Shown here: in pieces, positions 31,135 through 38,532 of the stretch | Layout: every line of letters begins with the position of its first letter | How positions within the stretch are numbered: the stretch's first letter is position 1 | From: an uncultured Collinsella sp. | Lineage (GTDB): Bacteria > Actinomycetota > Coriobacteriia > Coriobacteriales > Coriobacteriaceae | Assembly (NCBI GenBank): GCA_902491915.1 | Contig: CABUJL010000001.1 | Span: 35-64,034 of the forward strand | DNA: 64,000 nt | Direction: 5' to 3' | Notes under the pieces: generated by a model | Databases searched by the model: none | Seen by the model: only the letters and a program-made list of their open reading frames with translations | Told to the model about the DNA's origin: nothing | Program-made: the position numbers and the translations under genes

Positions 31135-31345
31135 GAGCTCGTAGAGCTCTTGGTTGCTTTGGTCTCGCTCTTCACGGCGCTTATCGAACTTTCCGAGGCA
31201 CTCAAGCAGCATTCGAAGCATAACAAGTCGCTGCCATTAAGGCACCGACCTCTTGACCAAGCAACGGCGTTTCCCAGCTCTCCAGAACTTGGGCTGCCGT
31301 CAACTTTATTCTATCCGCGAGCATCTGGTTTACCAAATGGATTTT
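31135..31345 (+). pseudogene. 5'-deleted second copy of the toxin ORF with a retained antisense promoter
   Basis: ELVELLVALVSLFTALIELSEALKQ matches 30037-30110; promoter, RBS and ATG absent; minus-strand TTGGTA-17-TAGAAT at 31336-31308. Confidence 0.75.
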
Positions 31346-31378
31346 CGGTAAAGGAAGCACGGCACGCCCGCAAAACCA

Positions 31379-31762
31379 CTACGCCCCAAGTGCCGCCATG
31401 GGGATCACCGCCACGCCGTCGTCGCGTGTGTAGGCAATGCTCCCCTTTCCAACCACGACCGCCAAAAACGCCGGCGCGGCATTCTGGGCGGCAGGATTGG
31501 AGAGCACTTTCCTCTCCAGCGCCTTGAGATTTCTCGCTCCATCGTCTGCTTTCGCATCACTCAGCTTGACCTCGATGGCTCCCATCCGCACAGGTCCTCG
31601 GTCAGCTTGAGCCTGTTGAAGAGATCCAGGTGCGCAGCGATGGTCCTCTCGTCGGGGCCCGTCTCACCGTACGAGGCGTCCTTTATGAGCGTCTTGTACG
31701 TGACAGCCTGGCTCTCGTTCATGGCAAGAGCTCGCAAAAGGCCGTGTGCAAGCTCGGGCGAT
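31379..31762 (-). pseudogene. Fragmented AAA/DUF4143-type ATPase
   Basis: Middle fragment SPELAHGLLRALAMNESQAVTYKTL...RTIAAHLDLFNRLKLTEDLCGWEP joined out of frame to the C-terminal GAIEVKL...AFLAVVVG..AYTRDDGVAVIP; N-terminus missing. Confidence 0.75.
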
Positions 31763-31778
31763 CATGCGATATACGAAA

Positions 31779-31853
31779 TTACGCCATTCTCAATGCTGTT
31801 TTTACGCCGTTCTCAATGTAGTTTTTACGCCATTTTCATTGTAGGTTTTACGC
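31779..31853. repeat. 23-bp tandem repeat (~3.3 copies)
   Basis: TTACGCCRTTYTCAWTG.. units start at 31779, 31802, 31825 and 31848. Confidence 0.85.
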
Positions 31854-31905
31854 TTGGCATCCTTAGCGCGACCCATTCCGAGCAATCACATCAGAGCGCG
31901 CTTGG

Positions 31906-33297
31906 TTATCTCCGCTCGCACATCTCGGCAAACGAAATCAGCTTGGTATCTCCCCTGCTCGCCGCAGCTTCCTGACATCCTTGCGTAAAGCCACGCTTCG
32001 AGAAGATCACGTAGCTTTTATGCTGACGCCTAAAGAGCTCGCTTCGGTACACGAGCTTTTCCAGAACATCCTCGCCTGCCGGTTCGTTACGCCATTTGCA
32101 CTCCGCAAAGAGCGCCGCGCCCTCTCCGTCGTCGACAATCAAATCGATCTCTTCCTGCGTACGCGTCCGATTGTCCGTTCCCCACCAACGGCCAACTGTT
32201 GCCGGCACCACACCAAGTTCGCCCGCGCGTGCGAGTTCGTACACGTATTGTCTGCATATAAGCTCAAAGACCGTACCCATGTAATCCGATACGTGCGGCT
32301 CAATGCGCCTATACGCCATCTCGGCCATATCGTTTTGAATCAGCCCAATGTTCTGCGGCACAAACTTGTACCAGAACCTAAACATCTGGTCGCTCAGCAG
32401 ATACACGGCTCGCTTATTGCTCGTCTCGTTTAGGGGCAGCTCGCGCTCGACAATCCCAAGCGACGCCAGCTTATCCACATAGCTCTTTACGTTGCTCGCA
32501 GGGATTCCCATAGAGCTCGCAATCTCTGAGATCTTCGAGCGCCCCTGGGCAATTGCTTGCACGATCGCATCATATTGCTCGGGATTGCGGCACTCTTGCA
32601 ATAGCAGGTTACTCGGCTCCTCAAAGAGATAGCCCGTAGGAGTAAGAAAAAGACGTTTGATGTTGTCCTCGAGCGATACGGTAGGATCGACTTTCTCGAT
32701 ATATGCAGGAATGCCGCCCGTCATGCCATAGCAAACCGCAGCGTCTTCGCGACCCATGCTCTGCCACAAGCCGAGGGTCGTCGTAAAATCCAGCGGCATG
32801 ATCTTAAACTGGGCCGTACGCCTACCGTATAGCGGACTCTCGTAGCCCAGCACCTGCTCTTCCATGAACGAAAGCGACGACCCGCACAGGATAAGCATGA
32901 GCTTGGTCTCTTTGTACAAGTGATCGATCTTGTCTTGCAGCAACGAGCTGATCTCGGGATTCGATTGGGCGAGATAGGGATACTCGTCAATCACGACAAT
33001 CAAACGTTCCGTGCGAGCCATGGTGGCCAACGCATCGAACGCCTCGTCAAAACTACGAAACGACACGCCAGCAACACCAACGGAGCCCGCAAGTATCGCC
33101 TGGCTAAAGCCATGCAGGTTTGCCTCTGCATTGGTGCGACGAGCTTGAAAGTAAATAGCCTTCTTGCCTTGGATAAACTCTGTGATAAGACGCGTTTTGC
33201 CCACGCGACGGCGGCCGTAAATCACAGGCATCTCAAAGGAGCCCGTGCCATACAGTCGATTGAGCTCGGACATTTCCGCCGTTCTTCCGATAAACAT
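31906..33297 (-). CDS. Archaeal-type ATPase (ATPase_2 + wHTH + DUF234 / PD-(D/E)XK tail)
   Basis: FIGR..E, YGRRRVGKT, IDEYPYL, LCGSS, PLYGRRT, TGGIPAY, FRFW, GRWW...EIDL...AECKW. Confidence 0.9.
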   Translation of the reverse strand: MFIGRTAEMSELNRLYGTGSFEMPVIYGRRRVGKTRLITEFIQGKKAIYFQARRTNAEANLHGFSQAILAGSVGVAGVSFRSFDEAFDALATMARTERLIVVIDEYPYLAQSNPEISSLLQDKIDHLYKETKLMLILCGSSLSFMEEQVLGYESPLYGRRTAQFKIMPLDFTTTLGLWQSMGREDAAVCYGMTGGIPAYIEKVDPTVSLEDNIKRLFLTPTGYLFEEPSNLLLQECRNPEQYDAIVQAIAQGRSKISEIASSMGIPASNVKSYVDKLASLGIVERELPLNETSNKRAVYLLSDQMFRFWYKFVPQNIGLIQNDMAEMAYRRIEPHVSDYMGTVFELICRQYVYELARAGELGVVPATVGRWWGTDNRTRTQEEIDLIVDDGEGAALFAECKWRNEPAGEDVLEKLVYRSELFRRQHKSYVIFSKRGFTQGCQEAAASRGDTKLISFAEMCERR

Positions 33298-33312
33298 AGG
33301 GCCATCCTTCCT

Positions 33313-33368
33313 TTACGTTATAGCTAGCTATATTATACCTTCCTATAATATAGCTAGCTATAACGTAA
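33313..33368. promoter_or_regulatory. Perfect 25-bp inverted repeat directly upstream of the ATPase (operator-like)
   Basis: TTACGTTATAGCTAGCTATATTATA-ccttcc-TATAATATAGCTAGCTATAACGTAA. Confidence 0.8.
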
Positions 33369-33423
33369 TTCGACAAGCGGCGCACGCAAAAGGGTCGGTA
33401 CACCACCGCACGTGGACCGTTCC

Positions 33424-33469
33424 GGAAAGCGCGTCCCGTTCCGAGCGGCAATTCCGGGTCACGGTTTCC
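33424..33469. repeat. Single 46-bp palindromic unit upstream of the AbiEi-like gene
   Basis: GGAAAGCGCGTCCCGTTCCGAG...ATTCCGGGTCACGGTTTCC, same family as 34837-35129. Confidence 0.85.
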
Positions 33470-33764
33470 TCAGGTACAAGACGACGATCCGCCGCCCTTA
33501 TCACATGCCTTCAAATATGCGATCCAGAAACACAAAACAGCAGATAGAATGCTCTTTTTCAAAAAGTACACGTCTCGAAACTTACCAAGACTTCATATCT
33601 AGCTACCGTTCAAGGTCGCCGATTACCGTCCGCCGATTCGGATGTAAAAATGTCGCCGAAAGAGGGTCATCTACCTGCATGGTTAGATTTTGGTCAGCTT
33701 TTGGTCAGCTGAGCGGCAAGTTCCAGCTGATACGTTTTTGCTACCCAAAAGGAGGCGGTAGCTC

Positions 33765-34763
33765 ATGACCCATTGCAATGACCAACTCATCGACCAACTG
33801 CTCACTCAAGCCGAGCAAGAGGGGCGCTGTCTGATTCCCCCGAGCGCGGCGATCCGAAAAGCGCTCCTTCGGCGCACCGGCGGCACGGTCGTCTCGCCCA
33901 TTCCGGGGTTGTTTGCGCGAAAAACGCGCTGGGATGAACTCAACCGAGCGCAACGCCATTGCGAGATTATCCGCGCCCTTGCGATCATCCATCCCGATTG
34001 GACGTTCTGCTCGTTTTCGGCAGCTTGCCTGCTGGGGCTCGAGGTCTCGTGGCGACACCTGAACGTCGTGCATGTTTGCAGCTCGACAAAGCCGTCGGCT
34101 CGTCCGGGCGCACATATTCAGCGACACCAGATTGAGCCGGCCGGAGCAATACGCAGAGCCGGCATATCGGTAACGCCGCCCATCCAAACGGCCACAGATT
34201 GCCTGCTGCAAACTGGTTTTGCCGACGGCATGCCCATTGCCGATTCGACGATCTCAAAGCTCGGCCTTGCGCCGGAACAGCTGATGGAGGCCGTGGAGCA
34301 ACGAGCGACTGCACGCAATGGTCGCGCGATTCGCACCGCCCTCACAACGCTTCGATATGCCGACGTCCGCGCCGAGAGCGGCGGGGAATCGGTCGCCCGA
34401 GCCGTCATGATCGAGACGGGCTTTGCGCCCGACTGGCTTCAATACGAGCTGACGGACCCCTTCGATTCGGCCAAGCCCATACGAACGGACTTTGCCTGGG
34501 AGCGCCAGGCGCGGGAACTCACACTGGGCGAGCTCGACGGGCTCATCAAATATACCGACCAGACCATGCTGGCCGGACGCACCACCGCCGAGGTGCTCGT
34601 TGCCGAACGACAGCGCGAGGCGCACCTATCGCTCTACGGTCACCCTCTGCTGCGCTTTACCATGAACGAGGTCCGCTCGACAGGAATGCTCGCCAAAAAG
34701 CTGCAGACGGCAGGCATCCGGCAGACCGCGCTGCCGACATGTCTCAACGAGGTGGACCTGTAG
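33765..34763 (+). CDS. AbiEi-like protein with a C-terminal Vsr/DUF559-like PD-(D/E)XK domain
   Basis: FCSFSAACLLGL, GISVTPPIQTATDC, AESGGESVAR, RTDFAW...ELDGLIKY, ERQRE..L...LRF; AGGAGG RBS. Confidence 0.75.
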   Translation: MTHCNDQLIDQLLTQAEQEGRCLIPPSAAIRKALLRRTGGTVVSPIPGLFARKTRWDELNRAQRHCEIIRALAIIHPDWTFCSFSAACLLGLEVSWRHLNVVHVCSSTKPSARPGAHIQRHQIEPAGAIRRAGISVTPPIQTATDCLLQTGFADGMPIADSTISKLGLAPEQLMEAVEQRATARNGRAIRTALTTLRYADVRAESGGESVARAVMIETGFAPDWLQYELTDPFDSAKPIRTDFAWERQARELTLGELDGLIKYTDQTMLAGRTTAEVLVAERQREAHLSLYGHPLLRFTMNEVRSTGMLAKKLQTAGIRQTALPTCLNEVDL

Positions 34764-34836
34764 GAGCTGCTAGGCCACGCATCGCCGAATCGCATCCCCC
34801 CTATCTGGGCCGCGTTTTCCCAACGGCCACGCCAAC

Positions 34837-35129
34837 GGAAAGCGCGTCCCAGCCTGGACACTCAAAACGGGATGCGCTTTCCGGATGGCGGGCCTGGCGG
34901 AAAGCGTGTCCCGGAATCCCGTCTCAGAGCTGGACAGGCTTTCCGGTTGAGTCCTTCAGCGGAAACCGCATCCCGGAATAAACACTCAAACTGGGATGCG
35001 CTTTCCAAACGGCCGGCCAGCGGAAAACACATCCCATTCTGAGGCACGATTCCGGGACGCAGTTTCCGCATGCGGCCCCGTTGGGAAAGTTAATCCCGTT
35101 CCGAGGCCGGATTCCGGGACGCAGCTTCC
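34837..35129. repeat. Array of five 46-bp imperfect palindromes with a ~62-bp period
   Basis: GGAAA...TCCC...GGGA...TTCC units at 34837, 34899, 34961, 35022 and 35084; a partial sixth ends at 34820. Confidence 0.9.
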
Positions 35130-35146
35130 GCATGCGGAGGCGCTCC

Positions 35147-35182
35147 AAACAAAAGGCCCCGGCTCGCGATGGAGCTGGGGCC
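35147..35182 (-). terminator. Terminator downstream of xdh
   Basis: GGCCCCGGCTC...GAGCTGGGGCC stem with TTTTGTTT on the minus strand. Confidence 0.7.
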
Positions 35183-35251
35183 AAAGGCGCAGCATATACA
35201 GTTGATGTTGAGCGCGAACAGCTCGTCAGCAATGACCGTCCGCGCTCTACC

Positions 35252-38029
35252 CTACCCGCGGTGACGGGCGCGGCTGTACGGCGTATCCACCATGGGCAGA
35301 TCCGGACGCAGCTTGCCGTCGAATGCGCGATAGGCGTTCTGTACGGCGGGCGCCGTGGGAATCGTTGCGATCTCACCGATGCCCTTGCCGCCGTATGCCA
35401 CGGGCAACAGCTCGTCCTTCTCCACGTAGATGGCGTGGATATTCGGAATCTCGGGCGCACGGAACAGCCCGAGCGTACCGTACCTTGCCTGGGGTACGCA
35501 GTCCTTGAGCGGCCAGTCCTCGGTAAGCGCATAGCCCATACCCATGAGCACGCCGCCTTCGATCTGACCCTGGATGGAGATGGGGTTGACCACCTTGCCG
35601 GAATCGTGCGCGGCATAGACCTCGCTCACGCGGCCGTCATCATCCAGAATGACCACATGCGTGGCAAACCCGTAGCAGATGTGGCTCTTGGGGTTGGGAA
35701 CGTCGGCGCCCAGCTTGTCGGTCGGCTCCAGGTACACGTAGCCAAACTCGCATCCCTCGAGCGCCTTGATGGCAGCCGCGGGATCCTGAGGATGCATACC
35801 CTGGCCGGCGACGAGCTCCTGCGTGCGCAGCTGATAGGCGCGACCGTCGTCGTACTCAATCTTGACGCCGTCGCCATGCGCGCTCACGGGAGTATCGGGT
35901 GCGGGCTTGCCGGCCTCGATGTCAAGCATGGCATCGCGCAGCAGGAAGGCGGCACCGCGCACGGCCTCGCCGGTCACGACCGTCTGACGCGAGCCAGACG
36001 TGGTGCCGGAGTCGGGAGCGTTTTCGGTGGAGCACTCGCCATTGGCAATGCAGCTCAGCGGCAGACCGCAGGCCTCGGCAACGTCCTGCAAAAAGACGGT
36101 GTTGCAGCCCTGGCCGATGTCGGACGTGGCGGCATAGACCACGGCCACGCCGTTCTCGACGCGAATCTTGCAGCGGCCGGCATCGGGCAGGCCAACGCCC
36201 ACGCCAGCGTTCTTCATGGCGCAGGCGATACCGGCGTGTCCGGGATGCGCATAGTAGGCATCCTTGACCTCGAGCAGTGTCTCCTTCAGCGCCGTGGAGC
36301 AGTCGGCAATCTGGCCGTTGGGCAAAACCTCGCCCGGCTCGATGGCGTTGCGGTAGCGAATCTCCCACGGATCCAGGCCGACCTTCTCTGCCAGCAGGTC
36401 GATCAGGCTCTCGAGCGCAAACTCGGACTGGCAAACGCCAAAGCCGCGGTACGCGCCGGCGGGCGGGTTGTTGGTGTAGTAGCCATAACCGCGAATGTCG
36501 GTGTTCTGGTACTTGTAGGGGCCGACGGCATGCGTGCAGGCGCGCTCGAGCACCGGGCCGCACAGCGACGCGTAGGCGCCGGTGTCAAAGTTGATCTCGC
36601 AATCCAGACCGGTAAAGTTGCCCTCGGCGTCGCAACCCAGTGTAAAGGTACCGTCCATGGCGTGGCGCTTGGGATGGAATGCAAGCGACTCGGCACGAGT
36701 GAGCTTGCACTTCACAGGACGCTGGAGCTTATATGCGGCAAGCGCGGCCAGGTGTTGGATGGACACGTCCTCCTTGCCGCCAAAGCCGCCACCCACGAGC
36801 ATGGTCTCGACGACCACGCGCTCGGGCTCGCTATCCCAGCCAAACATGTGGGCGCACTCTTTGCGCGTATCGTAGGCACCCTGGTCGGTCGACTGCACCT
36901 TGACGCCGTTCTTGTACGGGAAGGCAACGGCACACTCGGGCTCCAAGAAGGCATGCTCGGTAAAGGGCGTGGTAAAGCGCTGCGTCACGGTGAACGCGCT
37001 TTCGGCCAGCGCCTTGGCGGCGTCGCCGCGCGTCACATGACGGCTCTGGCACACGTTGTCCTTGAGCTCCACTGTGTTGCCGAAGGCAAAGAAGCTGTCA
37101 TGCAGGCGCGGGGCGTCGGCGGCCCTGGCCTCGACAATGTTGCGCACGGGCTCCAGCGGCTCGTAGTCAATCTTTACGAGCTTCTTGGCCTTCTCGAGCG
37201 TCGCCTCGTCCTCGGCAACCACCAGCACGATGGCGTCTCCCACGCAGCGGGTGATATCGCCCTGGGCGATCATGACGTCCCAGTCCTGGATAAGGTGGCC
37301 GACCTGGTTAACCGGCACGTCCTCGGCGCGCAGGATGCCCACCACACCGGGCAGGGCCTCGGCCTTGGAGGTGTCGATGGAGAGCACACGGGCGCGCGGA
37401 TACCTGGAGCGCACGGCGCTGGCATAGGTCAGGCCCGGCTGATCGAGCTCGTCGATATCGTCGGGGTACTTGCCCTCACCGAGCACCTTCTTGCGCACGT
37501 CGATACGAAAGGCGCGCTTGCCCACGCCGTAGTCATCGCCGCGCTCCAGGTCCTCGTCGATCTGCTTTTCGCCGCGGAGCACCGCAGCGGCCAGCGAGAT
37601 GCCCTCGATAATCTTTTTGTAGCCGGTGCAGCGGCAGACGTTACCGCGAATGGCGTACTTGATTTGCTCCTCGGTGGGCTCGGGGTCCTCGGCGATGAGC
37701 GCCACACCCGCCATGACCATGCCAGGGATGCAAAAACCGCACTGCACGGCGCCCACAGCGCCAAAGGCGTACACAAAGGCCTCGCGCACGTCCTCGGGCA
37801 GGCCCTCGACGGTCACGATGTTGCGACCGGCGGCAAGAGCGGTGGTCAGCACGCACGCCTTGACGGCTGCACCGTCCACATGGATGGTGCAGGTGCCACA
37901 AGCACCTTCGGAGCAGCCGTCCTTGGCGGAATGGATATGCAGGTCGTCGCGCAGGTAGCGCAGCAGCGGCTTGTTCTGAGTCGTCGTGCGCTCGACGCCG
38001 TTAACGGTAAAAGTGAATTCCTGTGCCAT
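35252..38029 (-). CDS. xdh: Selenium-dependent xanthine dehydrogenase-family molybdoenzyme (2Fe-2S + Moco domains)
   Basis: KDGCSEGACGTC, QCGFCIPG, CRCTGY, GGGFGGKE, HPKRH, AYRGFG, GQIEGG, KGIGEI; yqeB/yqeC nearby. Confidence 0.93.
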   Translation of the reverse strand: MAQEFTFTVNGVERTTTQNKPLLRYLRDDLHIHSAKDGCSEGACGTCTIHVDGAAVKACVLTTALAAGRNIVTVEGLPEDVREAFVYAFGAVGAVQCGFCIPGMVMAGVALIAEDPEPTEEQIKYAIRGNVCRCTGYKKIIEGISLAAAVLRGEKQIDEDLERGDDYGVGKRAFRIDVRKKVLGEGKYPDDIDELDQPGLTYASAVRSRYPRARVLSIDTSKAEALPGVVGILRAEDVPVNQVGHLIQDWDVMIAQGDITRCVGDAIVLVVAEDEATLEKAKKLVKIDYEPLEPVRNIVEARAADAPRLHDSFFAFGNTVELKDNVCQSRHVTRGDAAKALAESAFTVTQRFTTPFTEHAFLEPECAVAFPYKNGVKVQSTDQGAYDTRKECAHMFGWDSEPERVVVETMLVGGGFGGKEDVSIQHLAALAAYKLQRPVKCKLTRAESLAFHPKRHAMDGTFTLGCDAEGNFTGLDCEINFDTGAYASLCGPVLERACTHAVGPYKYQNTDIRGYGYYTNNPPAGAYRGFGVCQSEFALESLIDLLAEKVGLDPWEIRYRNAIEPGEVLPNGQIADCSTALKETLLEVKDAYYAHPGHAGIACAMKNAGVGVGLPDAGRCKIRVENGVAVVYAATSDIGQGCNTVFLQDVAEACGLPLSCIANGECSTENAPDSGTTSGSRQTVVTGEAVRGAAFLLRDAMLDIEAGKPAPDTPVSAHGDGVKIEYDDGRAYQLRTQELVAGQGMHPQDPAAAIKALEGCEFGYVYLEPTDKLGADVPNPKSHICYGFATHVVILDDDGRVSEVYAAHDSGKVVNPISIQGQIEGGVLMGMGYALTEDWPLKDCVPQARYGTLGLFRAPEIPNIHAIYVEKDELLPVAYGGKGIGEIATIPTAPAVQNAYRAFDGKLRPDLPMVDTPYSRARHRG

Positions 38030-38041
38030 GGTGATTCCCTT

Positions 38042-38521
38042 CTACACGCCGGCGGCGATGCCGGTACGGTCGTGGATGGCGCCATGCGGGCAGACGACGG
38101 CGCACATGCCGCACGACAGGCAGTCCACGCCGTCGATATGGGCGCAGTTGTCCTCGATGCGGATAGCGCCGGCGGGGCACTTTTTGGCGCACATGCCGCA
38201 ACCGATGCAGCTCGTGTCGCAGATCTTGCGCGCAATGGCGCCCTTATCGGTGTTGTTGCAGCGCACCAGGATGTTCTGGTAGCCGGGAACGAAGGCAATC
38301 ACGCGCTGCGGGCACGCCATGCCGCACAGGCCACAGCCCGTGCACTTTGAGCGATCCACGCGGGCAATGCCATCGACCAGCGCAATGGCGCCGTGGGGGC
38401 AAGCCGTGACGCAGGCGCCACAGCCAATGCAGCCTTCGCTGCAGCGGGCGTCGCCGCCTGCGGAGGCGCAACCGCTTCCGCAGGCAACGTAGGCCACGTT
38501 ATGTTGAATGGATTTGGCCAT
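38042..38521 (-). CDS. Poly-4Fe-4S ferredoxin (RnfB-like Fe-S region)
   Basis: Four CxxCxxCxxxCP motifs. Confidence 0.88.
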   Translation of the reverse strand: MAKSIQHNVAYVACGSGCASAGGDARCSEGCIGCGACVTACPHGAIALVDGIARVDRSKCTGCGLCGMACPQRVIAFVPGYQNILVRCNNTDKGAIARKICDTSCIGCGMCAKKCPAGAIRIEDNCAHIDGVDCLSCGMCAVVCPHGAIHDRTGIAAGV

Positions 38522-38532
38522 AAGAGACTCGC

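Noticed and set aside
31150..31527. 125-aa ORF as a real gene
   Set aside because: Its start is the 5'-deleted toxin copy without an RBS; the rest crosses non-coding sequence and the antisense strand of the ATPase pseudogene.
34837..35129. CRISPR array interpretation of the 46-bp repeats
   Set aside because: Units are degenerate and switch orientation, linkers are only 15-16 nt, and there are no cas genes in the window.
23400..35150. Prophage or ICE
   Set aside because: No integrase, relaxase, conjugation or phage structural genes, and no att-like flanking repeats found.
35252..38029. Selenocysteine (UGA) recoding in Xdh or YgfK
   Set aside because: Both ORFs are open without an in-frame TGA; yqeB/yqeC point to a labile selenium cofactor instead.
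35081..38350. 1089-aa plus-strand ORF and other long antisense ORFs (e.g. 2373-3824, 12408-14333, 18589-20070, 61761-63746)
   Set aside because: Shadow frames of well-supported minus-strand genes in high-GC DNA; no recognisable motifs.
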